DNA from: Phyllobates terribilis
Lineage: Eukaryota
DNA length: 64,000 bases
Assembly (NCBI RefSeq): GCF_046119375.1
Contig: NW_027362764.1
Coordinates: 802,590,001-802,654,000 of the forward strand
Direction: 5' to 3'
This document shows positions 13,341-25,284 of the stretch, one piece after another; position 1 is the first letter of the stretch, and each line of letters opens with the position of its first letter. The notes under the pieces were generated by a model. It searched no databases, was not told the origin of the DNA, and saw nothing but the letters and a program-made list of their open reading frames with translations. The position numbers and the translations under genes were made by a program.

Positions 13341-13703
13341 CACGTGGCCGCTGCAACGACGCCGTGTTTTGCCCGTTGCCACCAGGTACTGTGCGCCTTT
13401 ATTCTGAACTGTGTATGTAAAGTTGTGGTGAAGGTTGCCGCCATTGTTGGGCCGTTGAGCGAGAAGAAGGGCGTAACCGCGGGAAAATTAGGGGCGTACC
13501 TGCAAAAGAGCGCGAAGCTTTGGACACGCCCCCCGCCTCAACGTCAAATCGGGAAGCGCCAGGTCCTGTTAGGAGCGTCGCGAAACGCGCTGACGTATGA
13601 CGCAAGCGACGCAAGGTCCTGAAGACAACCGTCACCTTCGGAGCTGCGGCCTACCGGAAGAAAAACCAGAAGGTAGGCCACGGTTAACTAGGGGGGCGCT
13701 AAG

Positions 13704-13940
13704 ATGTCTGACGAGCAGCAGAACGCCGACCTGCCGGTCAACGTCCCTGAAGTTCAACCCGCGCTCGATGATGAGCAGGCCGAAGCCGCCGCCCCACCAG
13801 CAGCGCCTGTAACACCTGTAATTCCTATGACTTTACTGTACATTCCTGGAGTAAAGTGGCTCCCCCAGTACAACGGCAAACCAGATACCCTGTCCGGATT
13901 CAAACGGAAGATATGTGGTATCTTGGACATGTACTCCATG
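13704..13940 (+). pseudogene. Gag N-terminal fragment in a 938-bp deleted internal region
   Basis: MSDEQQ..IPGVKWLPQYNGKPDTLSGFKRKI; lies between PBS and PPT. No pol. Confidence 0.55.
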
Positions 13941-14249
13941 ACAGGCAGGAGCAGCCGCCCCGTCAGCAGGACCCATATCGCCTATCATACCCATGGCCCT
14001 GAATGTCCACAAGGTGGGGGAGGAGAGCAAACCCCCGCCATCTACGGCTGATGACCCGGCTGGGCCAGCCTATCATGGACAGGTGCTTCCCCGGAAGGAG
14101 TACCATTATTGAACTGCTGAAAATGTTTTAAATGTTTTTGTTATGCAACGTTTAAGAAATGTGCCTCCCATAAAGGGAAGATTGTTCATGTTTCCTATTG
14201 TTATTGTTTTATAAAAATGTACTTCAGCCCGGGAGTGCTGAGTTTAACT

Positions 14250-14258
14250 AGGGGGGAA
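14250..14258 (+). other. Polypurine tract
   Basis: AGGGGGGAA immediately before TGTGACGCCC. Confidence 0.8.
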
Positions 14259-15403
14259 TGTGACGCCCAGCTGCGCTTGGTATCACAGATCCTAGAAGGG
14301 TGTATTGACGGATTCCTCCACAAGAGGCCCCCATAACCATTCACACATCTCCACCTTCCACCTCAGACCACCAGAGGGAGCCCGTTAGGGATAGATAAAT
14401 AGGGAAGGTGGAGCCAGACAGCAGTTAGTTTGGTCTAGACTGGAGTCGACAGAGAGCAAACCTGTTGAGAGAGTTCCTGCAGTAAAGAAGCCTGAGAGAG
14501 GTCAGTCTGCAGTGGAGCACAGTCCAGACTCAGTTGTAGCTCAGAGTGGTGAGCTTTAGGTGTGCCGGCGCCATAAGATAGGTGAAGCGTGGCGAGCTGC
14601 CGTTAGTGTAAGTAGCCTAGTGAGGGCCCGAGTAGGCCGAAGGCAAGAGGAGAGTTAGTACATAGGGGGCAGAGGAGCTTAACTAGCTCACCCCGAAGCA
14701 GTTACCGGACACCGGGTCCGAAGCTTACCGGGATCTCTATGACCCAGTAAGATATAACCGGAATCCCTGGGGAACTACAAGTCCCAGGATCACTAAAGAG
14801 CTGATACGTAACAGAGCCAGGAGACACTTAGGCCCCGCAAGCTGAGGAGCGTGTACTCCAAGAAAAGGCCCTACCACAAGGTCAGCCAGCGCAGGACAGA
14901 GACAAAGTTAGGCCTAGCTCCAGGCAGGTCAGAAACTTACTACGCAGAAGCAAGAAACAGGAGGCCCAAAGCCCGCTCATTGGGGAGGATCCTGACATGC
15001 ACCCTTCACCCTACAGTGCTCTGGGACGTGCCTGAATTTCCATCAGTAAAAGGTACTGAAGTGACTATCGCGTCTGTCCCTGTTCTTGCTCTGACCCGGC
15101 TCGGTCTCGCCTGTCCTGCATTCCCTGTTATTCACTGCCCTGAGGCCTAGCTCCACCTGTGGGGAGTTATACCATCAAGCTGCCTTATCATCAGCCTCAG
15201 TGGACTGAGCAGCGCTGGTGATCCTCACCAGAAGCCACAGGTGGCGTCACAAACTCTTTTATAAACTTAACAAATTATCCACCCTTTTTAAGGAGAGACT
15301 CCAGGGTACGGGCCCGGGAGCCGACCACCGCGACATCCCTGAAGGCCAGGCTAAAGGCCCGGGTACCGAGTCATCCCCCATTCCCCTGGACGAGTCATCT
15401 CCA
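14259..15403 (+). mobile_element. LTR 2 (1145 bp), followed by a second PBS (15406-15423) and repeated leader to ~15750
   Basis: Direct repeat of LTR 1 at offset 2083. The leader repeats until AAGAAAAACCA. Confidence 0.88.
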
Positions 15404-15749
15404 ACTGGCATCACGAACAGGATCACGTGCCCGCTGCAACGACGCCGTGTTTTGCCCGTTGCCACAGGGTACTGTGCGCCTTTATTCTGAACTGTGTATG
15501 TAAAGTTGTGGTGAAGGTTGCCGCCATTGTTGGGCCGTTGAGCGAGAAGAAGGGCGTAACCGCGGGAAAATTAGAGGCGTACCTGCAAAAGAGCGCGAAG
15601 CTTCGGACACGCCCCCCGCCTCAACGTCAAATCGAGAAGCGCCAGATCCTGTAAGGAGCGTCGCGAAACGCGCTGACCTAGGACGCAAGCTATGCAAGGT
15701 CCTGAAGACAACCGTCACCTTCGGAGCTGCGGCCTACCGGAAGAAAAAC

Positions 15750-18480
15750 CATTTAGGTTGGTTGTGTACCTTTCCACCTGGAAAGTGTTCGGCAGCAGCC
15801 CACCTGGCTGCATCACGGACCCCGGGGTCTGTTGCATTCCATTTAAATAAAGTTGTCTGCAATCGCCCCCCTAACAGTATCTGAGCGCCAGGGTCTTGCC
15901 GAACATGGCCGACAATAAACAACTGCAGCGGTACATACAGCAACTGGAGGCCAGACTTAAATCTCTGGAACAAACTGCTCCGGTCGCTGATATTACTGCA
16001 GTAGCTACTCAGGCGGCTACTCTAGCAGCCAATATTATTAACTCAGCTGTGGTGAATTCTACAACCACTGCAAGTGCCCCATTACCCCATTTTGCTCTCC
16101 TGGAAAAATTTTCTGGAGATAGTAAACTTTGCAGGGGTTTTATTAACGTATGCTCCATTCATTTGGAGATAATGGAGGCACGGTTCCCCTCCGAAAGAGC
16201 CAAAGTGGGTTATATCATTTCATTACTCTCACACAGGGTTCTGGAGTGGGCTACTCTTCTATGGGAGCGGAACGACCCGATTGTAGTAAATGCGGGTCGA
16301 TTCCTTAAGACTCTAAAAAGTGTTTTTCTGGGTCCTCAGGTCACGCATGATACGGCTCTTAAGCTTCTTGCGTTGGTCCAGGGTTCAGCCACCGCCAGCC
16401 ACTATGCCGTCCAGTTCAGAACCCTAGCGGCTGAACTGGATTGGTCTGAGCGGTCGCTTATCCTGGTATTCTGGAGGGGTCTGGCTGGGCATATTAAAGA
16501 TGCTTTATCTACTAGAGAAATCCCAACCTCTCTGGAGGAGTTAATATCTCTTGCTGACCGTATTGACTTGCGTCATGCGGAACACAAGTTAGAGCTGGAG
16601 GTTGCCAGACCTCAGTATCTGTTTGCACCATCCGCCTTTAGACCCATTTTCAAACCCAAGACACTCGACCCGGAGCCTAAGGCTACGGATGTACCCCGGT
16701 CTAAGTCTAGTTCCTCTCGTTCCCGTTCTGCACATATCTCGGAGCTCCCCGTAAATAAGGGTTCCAAGCAGTCGGTAAAACGAGTAGGTCTTACCACCGT
16801 TGGAGGAGGGGTATTAAATTCCGGGACTTCTTCCTCCAAATTATTACATAATGTGACTTTGTCCTTTGATAAAGCTGCAGTCACTGCCAAGGCGTGGGTG
16901 GATTCTGGTGCTGATGGCAATTTTTTATCATCTACGCTTGCCCAGAGGCATGCCATCCCTATTGAGTTACTCTCAAGACCAATGAACATTAGTATTGTCA
17001 ATGGTTCACTCCTGGATGTAGAAATCACCCACCAGTCGATTCCTCTCACCATGTCATTTCCCCAGGGCCACCGGGAGGTTATTTCATTTCTTATTATTCC
17101 CGGTGGATTAGACGAGGTGTTATTGGGGCTCCCCTGGTTACGTTGTCATACTCCACACATTGACTGGAATACGGGGAGAATATCTTCCTGGAGTGAGAAT
17201 TGTGCATCTCAGTGTTTAGTCAAAGTCACCCGGAGGGTAGTCTCTGATCCTCCTATCATTGCGACATCCGGTACAGATTCCTTGTCTGTTTCCAGGACCC
17301 GGGCCTTGTCAGATAATGTCGCAAAGAACTCTCAGGAAGAGAGGGTGGCTGCAGTGTCCTCCAACCCGGTTTGGTCAGGGAGGACGTTTGTTTCCCCTAA
17401 TCTACAGAGTAAGGTGCTCTCCTGGGCTCATGCTCCTAAGACCAGAGCTTACCTGGGGGTCAAACGTACCACTAAGTCCCTTCTACGGTCCTATTGGTGG
17501 CCCCAGTGGTGCCAGGAAGTCAAGGACTTTGTTCTCGCGTGTCCCGTCTGTGCGAGAGATAAATCTTTTCGCCAGAGACCGGCGGGTCCTTTCTCCCTGT
17601 CACCCATGAAGGATCCCACACATAGAGAACCAGTTGTCACTTCTTGCCATCCTGCTTCCCGTCCTAAAAGAGGGTACCCTGTACACCGGAGGGGTCACTG
17701 TTTCATGAATCCTCTCTGTGACCCGTTGGACCACATCACCAATGGCGCGTCGATGAGCAGGGCTTAGTCTTTAAAAGGCCCGCCCACAAACAAGGCGACG
17801 CGCTCAGATCATTTTTGCAAGTGTTGCTGTTGTGTGGACAAGTGTATTCCACGTGCTCCCTAGCTGCTCTCTCCGTGACCTGCCGATGCCAGAGTTCGCT
17901 CGGCTGATTATCACAGGTCACTCAGGCAGGCTTAGATTTGCTTAGGTAGGTAGCTACGTCTTGCAGCCTGGCTCAGCCAAAGGGGTCGCCTAACACCTCG
18001 AGCAGCCTGCAGACGCCCTGTCCACGGCTATCGCCTGTTAGCCACGTGGAGTAGTACCCTTCAGTCCGGTGGCACGCCGGCTGGAGGCTCGTGTACCCGT
18101 CGCGTAGTCACACACGCATCCTAGCGCCAATCCCTACAGCGTAGCGCCTGTATCGAAGACAGGGCTACTGCTTTTCCCCCGGTCGCACGTCTCCCTGCGG
18201 TTCTTGGCACTGAAACCCGCTCCGTGTGCATCAACACGGAGTGGTTCTTCAGTTAAGTAGGAGCTATCCAGGTCACTCTTCTCCCACGCAGTTAACGGAG
18301 ATAGAGCGAACCGCTATACCCGTTCCTGTGTGCTGTAACACGGAAGGGTTTAACATTTAGGTTGGTTGTGTACCTTTCCACCCGGAAAGTGTTCGGCAGC
18401 AGCCCACATGGCCGCATCGCGGACCCCGGGGTCGGTTGCGTTCCATTTAAATAAAGTTGTCTGCAACCGCCCCCCTAACA
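15750..18480 (+). mobile_element. Sushi/chromovirus-like Gypsy element, internally deleted; 5' LTR remnant 15750-15876, 3' LTR ~17699-18480
   Basis: 15750-15876 repeats at ~18355-18480 (AATAAA..CCCCCTAACA). Purine tract GGAGGGG precedes TGTTTCATG at 17699. Confidence 0.8.
15905..17767 (+). CDS. Gag-aspartic protease fused in frame to an integrase zinc-finger remnant (no RT/RNase H)
   Basis: LEKFSGDSKLCRGFI..AKVGYIISLL..EWA (retrotransposon gag), WVDSGADGNF (protease), WAH..LGVKRT..YWWP..CPVC (IN zinc finger). First ATG at 15905. Confidence 0.75.
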   Translation: MADNKQLQRYIQQLEARLKSLEQTAPVADITAVATQAATLAANIINSAVVNSTTTASAPLPHFALLEKFSGDSKLCRGFINVCSIHLEIMEARFPSERAKVGYIISLLSHRVLEWATLLWERNDPIVVNAGRFLKTLKSVFLGPQVTHDTALKLLALVQGSATASHYAVQFRTLAAELDWSERSLILVFWRGLAGHIKDALSTREIPTSLEELISLADRIDLRHAEHKLELEVARPQYLFAPSAFRPIFKPKTLDPEPKATDVPRSKSSSSRSRSAHISELPVNKGSKQSVKRVGLTTVGGGVLNSGTSSSKLLHNVTLSFDKAAVTAKAWVDSGADGNFLSSTLAQRHAIPIELLSRPMNISIVNGSLLDVEITHQSIPLTMSFPQGHREVISFLIIPGGLDEVLLGLPWLRCHTPHIDWNTGRISSWSENCASQCLVKVTRRVVSDPPIIATSGTDSLSVSRTRALSDNVAKNSQEERVAAVSSNPVWSGRTFVSPNLQSKVLSWAHAPKTRAYLGVKRTTKSLLRSYWWPQWCQEVKDFVLACPVCARDKSFRQRPAGPFSLSPMKDPTHREPVVTSCHPASRPKRGYPVHRRGHCFMNPLCDPLDHITNGASMSRA

Positions 18481-19699
18481 CTGATGATCGGATTATCTGA
18501 CGATTGGAGCTTCATACAAAGGCTACGGGCATTGTTTGGTAATGACCGATCACTTCACCAAGTTTTCAGTGGTGATACCTACTAGGGATCAGACGGCAGA
18601 AACCGCAGCCAAGGCCATTTGTCAAGATTTCATTTGGATCTATGGGTGTCCGAAGCGGATACAGTCTGACAAAGGGGCCTGCTTCCAAGTGCGAGTCATG
18701 GATGAGTTATATCACATTTATGGGATCAACAGATCTCAAACAATGCCCTATTACCCCCAGGGAAATGGGGCATGTGAGCGATTCAACCGAACCTTGTTGC
18801 AGATGTTACGGACATTGGAAGAGGACAAGAAAATTAAATGGCCCGAGTTCGTGTCCGAGTTGGTGTGGGTGTATAATAATCGAGTTCATGCGACTACTGG
18901 TTACACACCCTATATGCTGCTGTTTGGAAGGAATGGACGAGAGATTACTGAGCTGGAGCTAGACTCAGAAGATTCAGGTCCGTACAACAGTCCGAGTACC
19001 TGGATTCGAGAACACAGACGGCGGCTTCATACAGTGAGAAAACTGGTTGAGCAGAAATTTCAGGAAATAGAGGATACAGGGCGGCCCCCGATTTCAGTGA
19101 GCCCACTCCAACCAGGAGATCGTGTGTTAGTAAGGGCCAAACCGGTTGGGAGTATGCTAGACCATCATTGGGAAGCGGCACCATATCGAGTGGTGAAGCA
19201 GATCCATCCAAAGTATTCAGTCTACGAGGTTAGGCCTGAAGTGGGTGATGCCACGACATCTAGGGTGTTGCACCGTAATATGCTACGACCCTGTTCGTCC
19301 GAAGCAGAGGACTGTAACAGAATTGAGCCTGCGGAAAAACTAACTGAAGTGCCACACATGGTGACCCTGGAAGACGAAGAAGGATGGGCTACAATGCAAA
19401 TGAGCCCTTCAGTTCCGAGTGAGATACAAAATGGATCAGGAGGCGATTTACAATCTTCACTGCTTGATTTATCAGATACCCCGGAATCACCTTTGCAGGA
19501 GGAACCCCGCAGAACCGAACGGGCTAATGCCGCTATCCCTCCTAACCGATATGCTCAACAGGAGTTTATCTGGTCTCAGATTCAACAGAAAACTGTGCTC
19601 ACCTCTTGTCTGAACTTACGCTGCCTTGAAGGAGGCATCGATCTCGCAAAGAATCCACTCGCCCGGGGACTGGCGATCACAAAGGAGGGAGGAATGTAA
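18481..19699 (+). pseudogene. Gypsy integrase core and C-terminus
   Basis: LVMTDHFTKF, PKRIQSDKG, PQGNGACERFNRTL, YNNRVHATTGYTPY, GPF/Y-type tail. Probably belongs to the host element of 2292 and 10908. Confidence 0.88.
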
Positions 19700-20046
19700 T
19701 AGAAGGAAAAAAGTCTTTCAGAGAATCAGTGCGAGATGTATGTAATAAGGAGAAAGAGCGCCATCTGGTGAGCATTTCAAGTTTGCACGCTGGACCTGGT
19801 CAGGTGACCTCCAGCAGAGGATTTCAAAATGTAACGGAGGAGCGCGCAGTGCCTGAGGTGATTTCGGCGCCAGACACAGAGAGAGACGTGACGCAGGCCG
19901 GACGCGCTGAAGGAACCAGCGAGAGAGACCGGGGTGAGAGACCCGTAAGGCAAGACGGGTGGCTGCCGGTGAACGAGCGCGGGATTCAGCGAAGCGGTTC
20001 CTTGGGTGTCACTGCTAAGGAAGAGGACTGAGACTTGGATACGACA
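19695..20046 (+). mobile_element. Gypsy 3' LTR start, truncated
   Basis: PPT GGAGGGAGGAA then TGTAAT; cut by a TTAA insertion at 20047-20050. Confidence 0.65.
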
Positions 20047-20050
20047 TTAA

Positions 20051-21143
20051 CCCGTTAAGGACCGAAGCATTTTCCATTTTTGCGTTTTCATTTTTTGCTC
20101 CCCTTGTTCCCAGAGTCATAGCGTTTTTATTTTTTGGTCAATATGGCCGTGTGAGGGCTTATTTTTTGCGGGACGAGTTGTACTTTTCAACGCCATTACT
20201 AGTTTTACCATATCGTGTACGGAAAAAAAATTCCAAGCGCCGTGAAATTGCAAAAAAAGTGCAATACCACAGATGTTTTTTTTTAGTTTTTTTACCACGT
20301 TCACTGAATGCTAAAACTGACCGGCCATCATTATTCTCCAGGTCATTACGAGTTCATAGACACCAAACATGTACAGGTTCCTTTTTATTTAAGTGGTGAA
20401 AAAAAATTCCAAAGTTTGGTAAAAAAAAAAAATGGTGCCATTTTCCGAAACCCGTAGCGTCTCCATTTTTTGGGATCTGGGGCTGGTGAGGGCTTACTTT
20501 TTGCACACCAAGCTGAAGTTTTTATTGATGCTATTTTGGGGTAGATCCGATGTTTTGATCACCCGTTATTGCATTTTATTGCAATGTTGCAGCGACCAAA
20601 AAACGTAATTCTGGCGTTTAGAATTTTTTTCTCGCTACGCTGTTTACCGATCGGATTAATTCTTTTTTTATATTGATAGATCGGGCGATTCTGAACGCGG
20701 CAATACCAAGTATGTGTTTTTTTTATTATTATTTTATTTTGAATGGGGCGAAAGGGGGGTGATTTAAACTTTTATATTTTTTAAAACATTTTTTTTCACT
20801 TTTTGCTTGCTTCTATAGTCTCCATAGGAGACTAGAAGCAGCACTCACTTGATCGGCTCTGCTGTATACAGGGGACGAGCAGATCCCCCGCATGGAGAAG
20901 AAATGGTCCTGTGCTATGAGCGCCGACCACTAGGTTGCGCTCATATTGACCAGCTCATGACAACCACTGGTGTCTGCTGCAGACCCAGGGTTGTCATGAC
21001 CACCCATCGGCGACCCGCGATCATGTGACGGGGTTGCCGATGGGCGGGGCTTAGTACCCGCTTCCCGGAAGCGCGAGTTAAATGCCGCTGTCGGAGATTG
21101 ACAGCGGCATTTAAGATGTTAACAGCCGCGGGTGGATCGCGAT
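20051..21143. mobile_element. TTAA-target non-autonomous element, right end missing
   Basis: TTAA|CCCGTTAAGGACC terminus. Interior resembles 6850-8320. Runs straight into the GA satellite. Confidence 0.6.
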
Positions 21144-22128
21144 GGAGGGAGCAGGAAGGAGAGAGCAGGAAGGAGAGAGCAGGAAGGAGAGAGCAGGAAG
21201 GAGGGAGCAGGAAGGAGAGAGCAGGAAGGAGAGAGCAGGAAGGAGAGGAAGGAGGGAGCAGGAAGGAGGGAGCAGGAAGGAGAGAGCAGGAAGGAGAGAG
21301 CAGGGAGGAGAGAGCAGGGAGGAGAGAGCAGGGAGGAGAGAGCAGGAAGGAGAGAGCAGGAAGGAGAGAGCAGGAAGGAGAGAGGAGGAAGGAGAGAGGA
21401 GGAAGGAGGGAGCAGGAAGGAGGGAGCAGGAAGGAGGGAGCGGGAAGGAGAGAGCGGGAAGGAGAGAGCGGGAAGGAGGGAGCGGGAAGGAGAGAGCAGG
21501 AAGGAGGGAGCAGGAAGGAGAGAGGAGGAAGGAGGGAGCAGGAAGGAGGGAGCAGGAAGGAGAGAGGAGGAAGGAGGGAGCAGGAAGGAGAGAGCGGGAT
21601 GGAGGGAGCAGGAAGGAGAGAGCAGGAAGGAGAGAGGAGGAAGGAGAGAGCAGGAAGGAGGGAGCACGAAGGAGAGAGCAGGAAGGAGGGAGCACGAAGG
21701 AGAGAGCAGGAAGGAGGGAGCAGGAAGGAGAGAGGAGGAAGGAGGGAGCAGGAAGGATAGAGGAGGAAGGAGAGAGCGGGAAGGAGGGAGCGGGAAGGAG
21801 AGAGCGGGAAGGAGAGAGCGGGATGGAGGGAGCAGGAAGGAGAGAGGAGGAAGGAGAGAGCAGGAAGGAGAGAGGAGGAAGGAGAGAGCAGGAAGGAGAG
21901 AGCACGAAGGATACAGCAGGAAGGAGGGAGCAGGAAGGAGAGAGCAGGAAGGAGAGAGGAGGAAGGAGAGAGGAGGAAGGAGGGAGCAGGAAGGAGAGAG
22001 CGGGAAGGAGGGAGCGGGAAGGAAAGAGCAGGGAGGAAGGAGAGAGCAGGGAGGAGGGAGCAGGGAGGAGAGGGCAGGAAGTAGAGGGCAGGATGGAGGG
22101 GGCAGGAAGGAGAGAGCAGGAAGGAGAG
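21144..22128. repeat. 14-bp purine-rich satellite (GGAGAGAGCAGGAA)n, ~70 units
   Basis: Read directly; the plus strand is almost devoid of T. Confidence 0.95.
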
Positions 22129-22707
22129 ATCAGGACGGTCTCCAGTGTCTGCTCACCCTCCATCCCCCACTGCAGCAGCCAGTAATCTGCAGGAGAAGCG
22201 ACAACCTGAGCAGCAGCAGAGGCTGACGGACCCGAGCTGAGATCGCAGGATGGAGCGGACGTCAATATATATTTACACTGGTCCTTTGTATCTCAGCTGC
22301 CGGTGATCGCTCTGAGAACAATGCGCCGATCTCTACATCACACACTTCCATGGTAGTTTCCGGGCTCATTGAACGTTCCCCAGGTGACGATTGTCCTGGT
22401 CAGAACAGATGTCCACGCTGCAGACGATCGCAGTTAGCAGAGCAGGTTGTTCTATACACATTCCTGCTGCTCTGTACAGGGGAGAGGGGGCGGCGCAGAG
22501 TTCCGGGGTCTGCTGCAGTCTGCACTGATATCAGGGGACGTCATGTCGCAGAGCTCTGCGGGGGGAGGGGTCGCTCCATGTGGGATCTATAGAAACCAGT
22601 GCAGCCCGGAGTGTAGAGCGATGATGGGGAGATCTGTACAGCGCCGTGTACGAGACATGGAGACTCAGGGAGCGGAAGTGTGTCATGTGGCCAGGTAGTC
22701 GGTCACT

Positions 22708-23259
<552 letters not shown>

Positions 23260-23288
23260 ATCTGCCCGGGCCCCGAGGACAACACAAA

Positions 23289-23304
23289 GGCTCTTTTCAG
23301 AGCC
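23289..23304 (+). terminator. Histone 3' stem-loop (H3)
   Basis: GGCTCTTTTCAGAGCC then ACCA; GAGCTG HDE-like motif downstream. Confidence 0.97.
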
Positions 23305-24646
23305 ACCAAATCCTCCAAGACGAGCTGAGAACTCTCATGATTAACCGCCATTCTGCTCCTCTGTCCGTATCCTCCGCGCAGTTACTATCTGTATAATTAT
23401 AGGGGATCTAGTAGTGAGTGAACTATATTGTGAAAAATGCAATAAGCAGAGGAATAACGTTACATCCATCACGTGATCAGTAATAGAAGCCGCACCTGTG
23501 TGACCAGAGCAGCGCGATGCGTTTTGTGCACTGCCGGGGTCTGGGGGAGAGAAGGCGCCGGAGGAAATGTCTACATAAGGAGGAGCGCGGGCACTGAGGG
23601 CTTCCATGGAGGAGGAGACTTGTGGTCGGGGATTGGTCGGTTCCTGTGGGCGGAGCTTTACTCCGATGTTTCCTTCTCATTCACTGATCAGTTGGTGGTT
23701 GTGAATTTCCCGCTCAGTCGCTGCTCGCGCTCCGGAGGATCATTACCGGTCACTGCTGAGAGCGGAGATCACTGACGTCATTACGGATCGGTCACCACGT
23801 CCCTCACCCGCGCTGGGTCCTAGTGCCGCCTGAGCCCATGGTTTGCCGGTTGTGGACGGATGGGCTGTTAACTCTTTCACTGCTCCGCTGCTTTCAGTTG
23901 TGCTCTCATCCGCTCTGATCGACCTTTCTGCACTGGATAAATAATATTTCCTCCCCAGACCGGTGACGGCTGCTGCCGATCATTATACCCGGTTCTTATG
24001 GTAAGGATTTAGTTTCGGATCCGAATCTCACTTTGTTTTCTTGATGTCATTGATGAAGATAGATCCTTCTCGTGCTCTACAGATCACATGACCGATGTAA
24101 TTATCTTTGAGTTGTGTCTCATCTGCTCCGGGGATGGATCCGCCCGGGGCCCCGTTACTTGCTGCTCCCCGCTCTGTAGTGACCGGTAATGGCCGCCCGT
24201 CCGGGCACCACGTGTAGCATGGACGAGGAGTGACTGCGGGGATGTGATCAGTGATGATGATGATGATCGGCCGCTGCCACTTTCCTGAAGATTTAATGTT
24301 TTCGTTTTCTAATATTTTACTTTGGCAGCTGGAGACAGCGACAGAAATTGTACAATGAGCGGGAAATTCACAATCACCCGCTGATCTGAGCTCAGCGAAT
24401 CAGAGGGGAGGAGCTAATAATGCAAATTCATTAAAAACCATATCAACCGGGAAGCGCGTCTTCTATTTGGAAGGATACGTTATTACATGGAGGTATACAG
24501 CAGTAAGTGGGGAATACTGCATTACATGGGGGTAAAGTGTTGTGGAATATGTTGGCTCTATATAAATACAAATTATTATTACACTGAAGTATATGGAGCT
24601 ATACAGCATATACACCGGGTTTGCAGCACTCTATGGAGATATACGG

Positions 24647-24784
24647 CCAATGGGAACAAGACTTGTGGAGCCACCAATGAGCTGCAGTGGGCGGTGCTTA
24701 TTTCATTTTTGGTCACATGACTTTGTCAGCCATTAGAATAGCGATCTGACAGCGGGGCTCATTTGCATGGCTGGGCTATAAATA
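24647..24784 (+). promoter_or_regulatory. H2B promoter
   Basis: Two CCAAT boxes, octamer ATTTGCAT 24761-24768, TATAAATA 24777-24784. Confidence 0.88.
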
Positions 24785-24828
24785 CCGCCGCTCTGGAGGA
24801 GCAGGATCATTGTTCTTCTGACTTGTGA

Positions 24829-25230
<402 letters not shown>

Positions 25231-25263
25231 TCTGCTCCTCAGTGCTCTGCACCCGCAACCAAA

Positions 25264-25279
25264 GGCTCTTCTAAGAGCC
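25264..25279 (+). terminator. Histone 3' stem-loop (H2B)
   Basis: GGCTCT-TCTA-AGAGCC; AAGAGCTG begins 16 nt downstream. Confidence 0.95.
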
Positions 25280-25284
25280 ACCAC

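Noticed and set aside
21098-22265. Long ORFs (up to 384 aa) in the GA satellite
   Set aside because: They arise from a stop-free 14-bp repeat and are open in many frames.
23959-24000. Possible 42-nt micro-exon (TTTCCTCCCCAG|...|GTAAGG)
   Set aside because: No partner exons or recognisable protein; such motifs are expected by chance.
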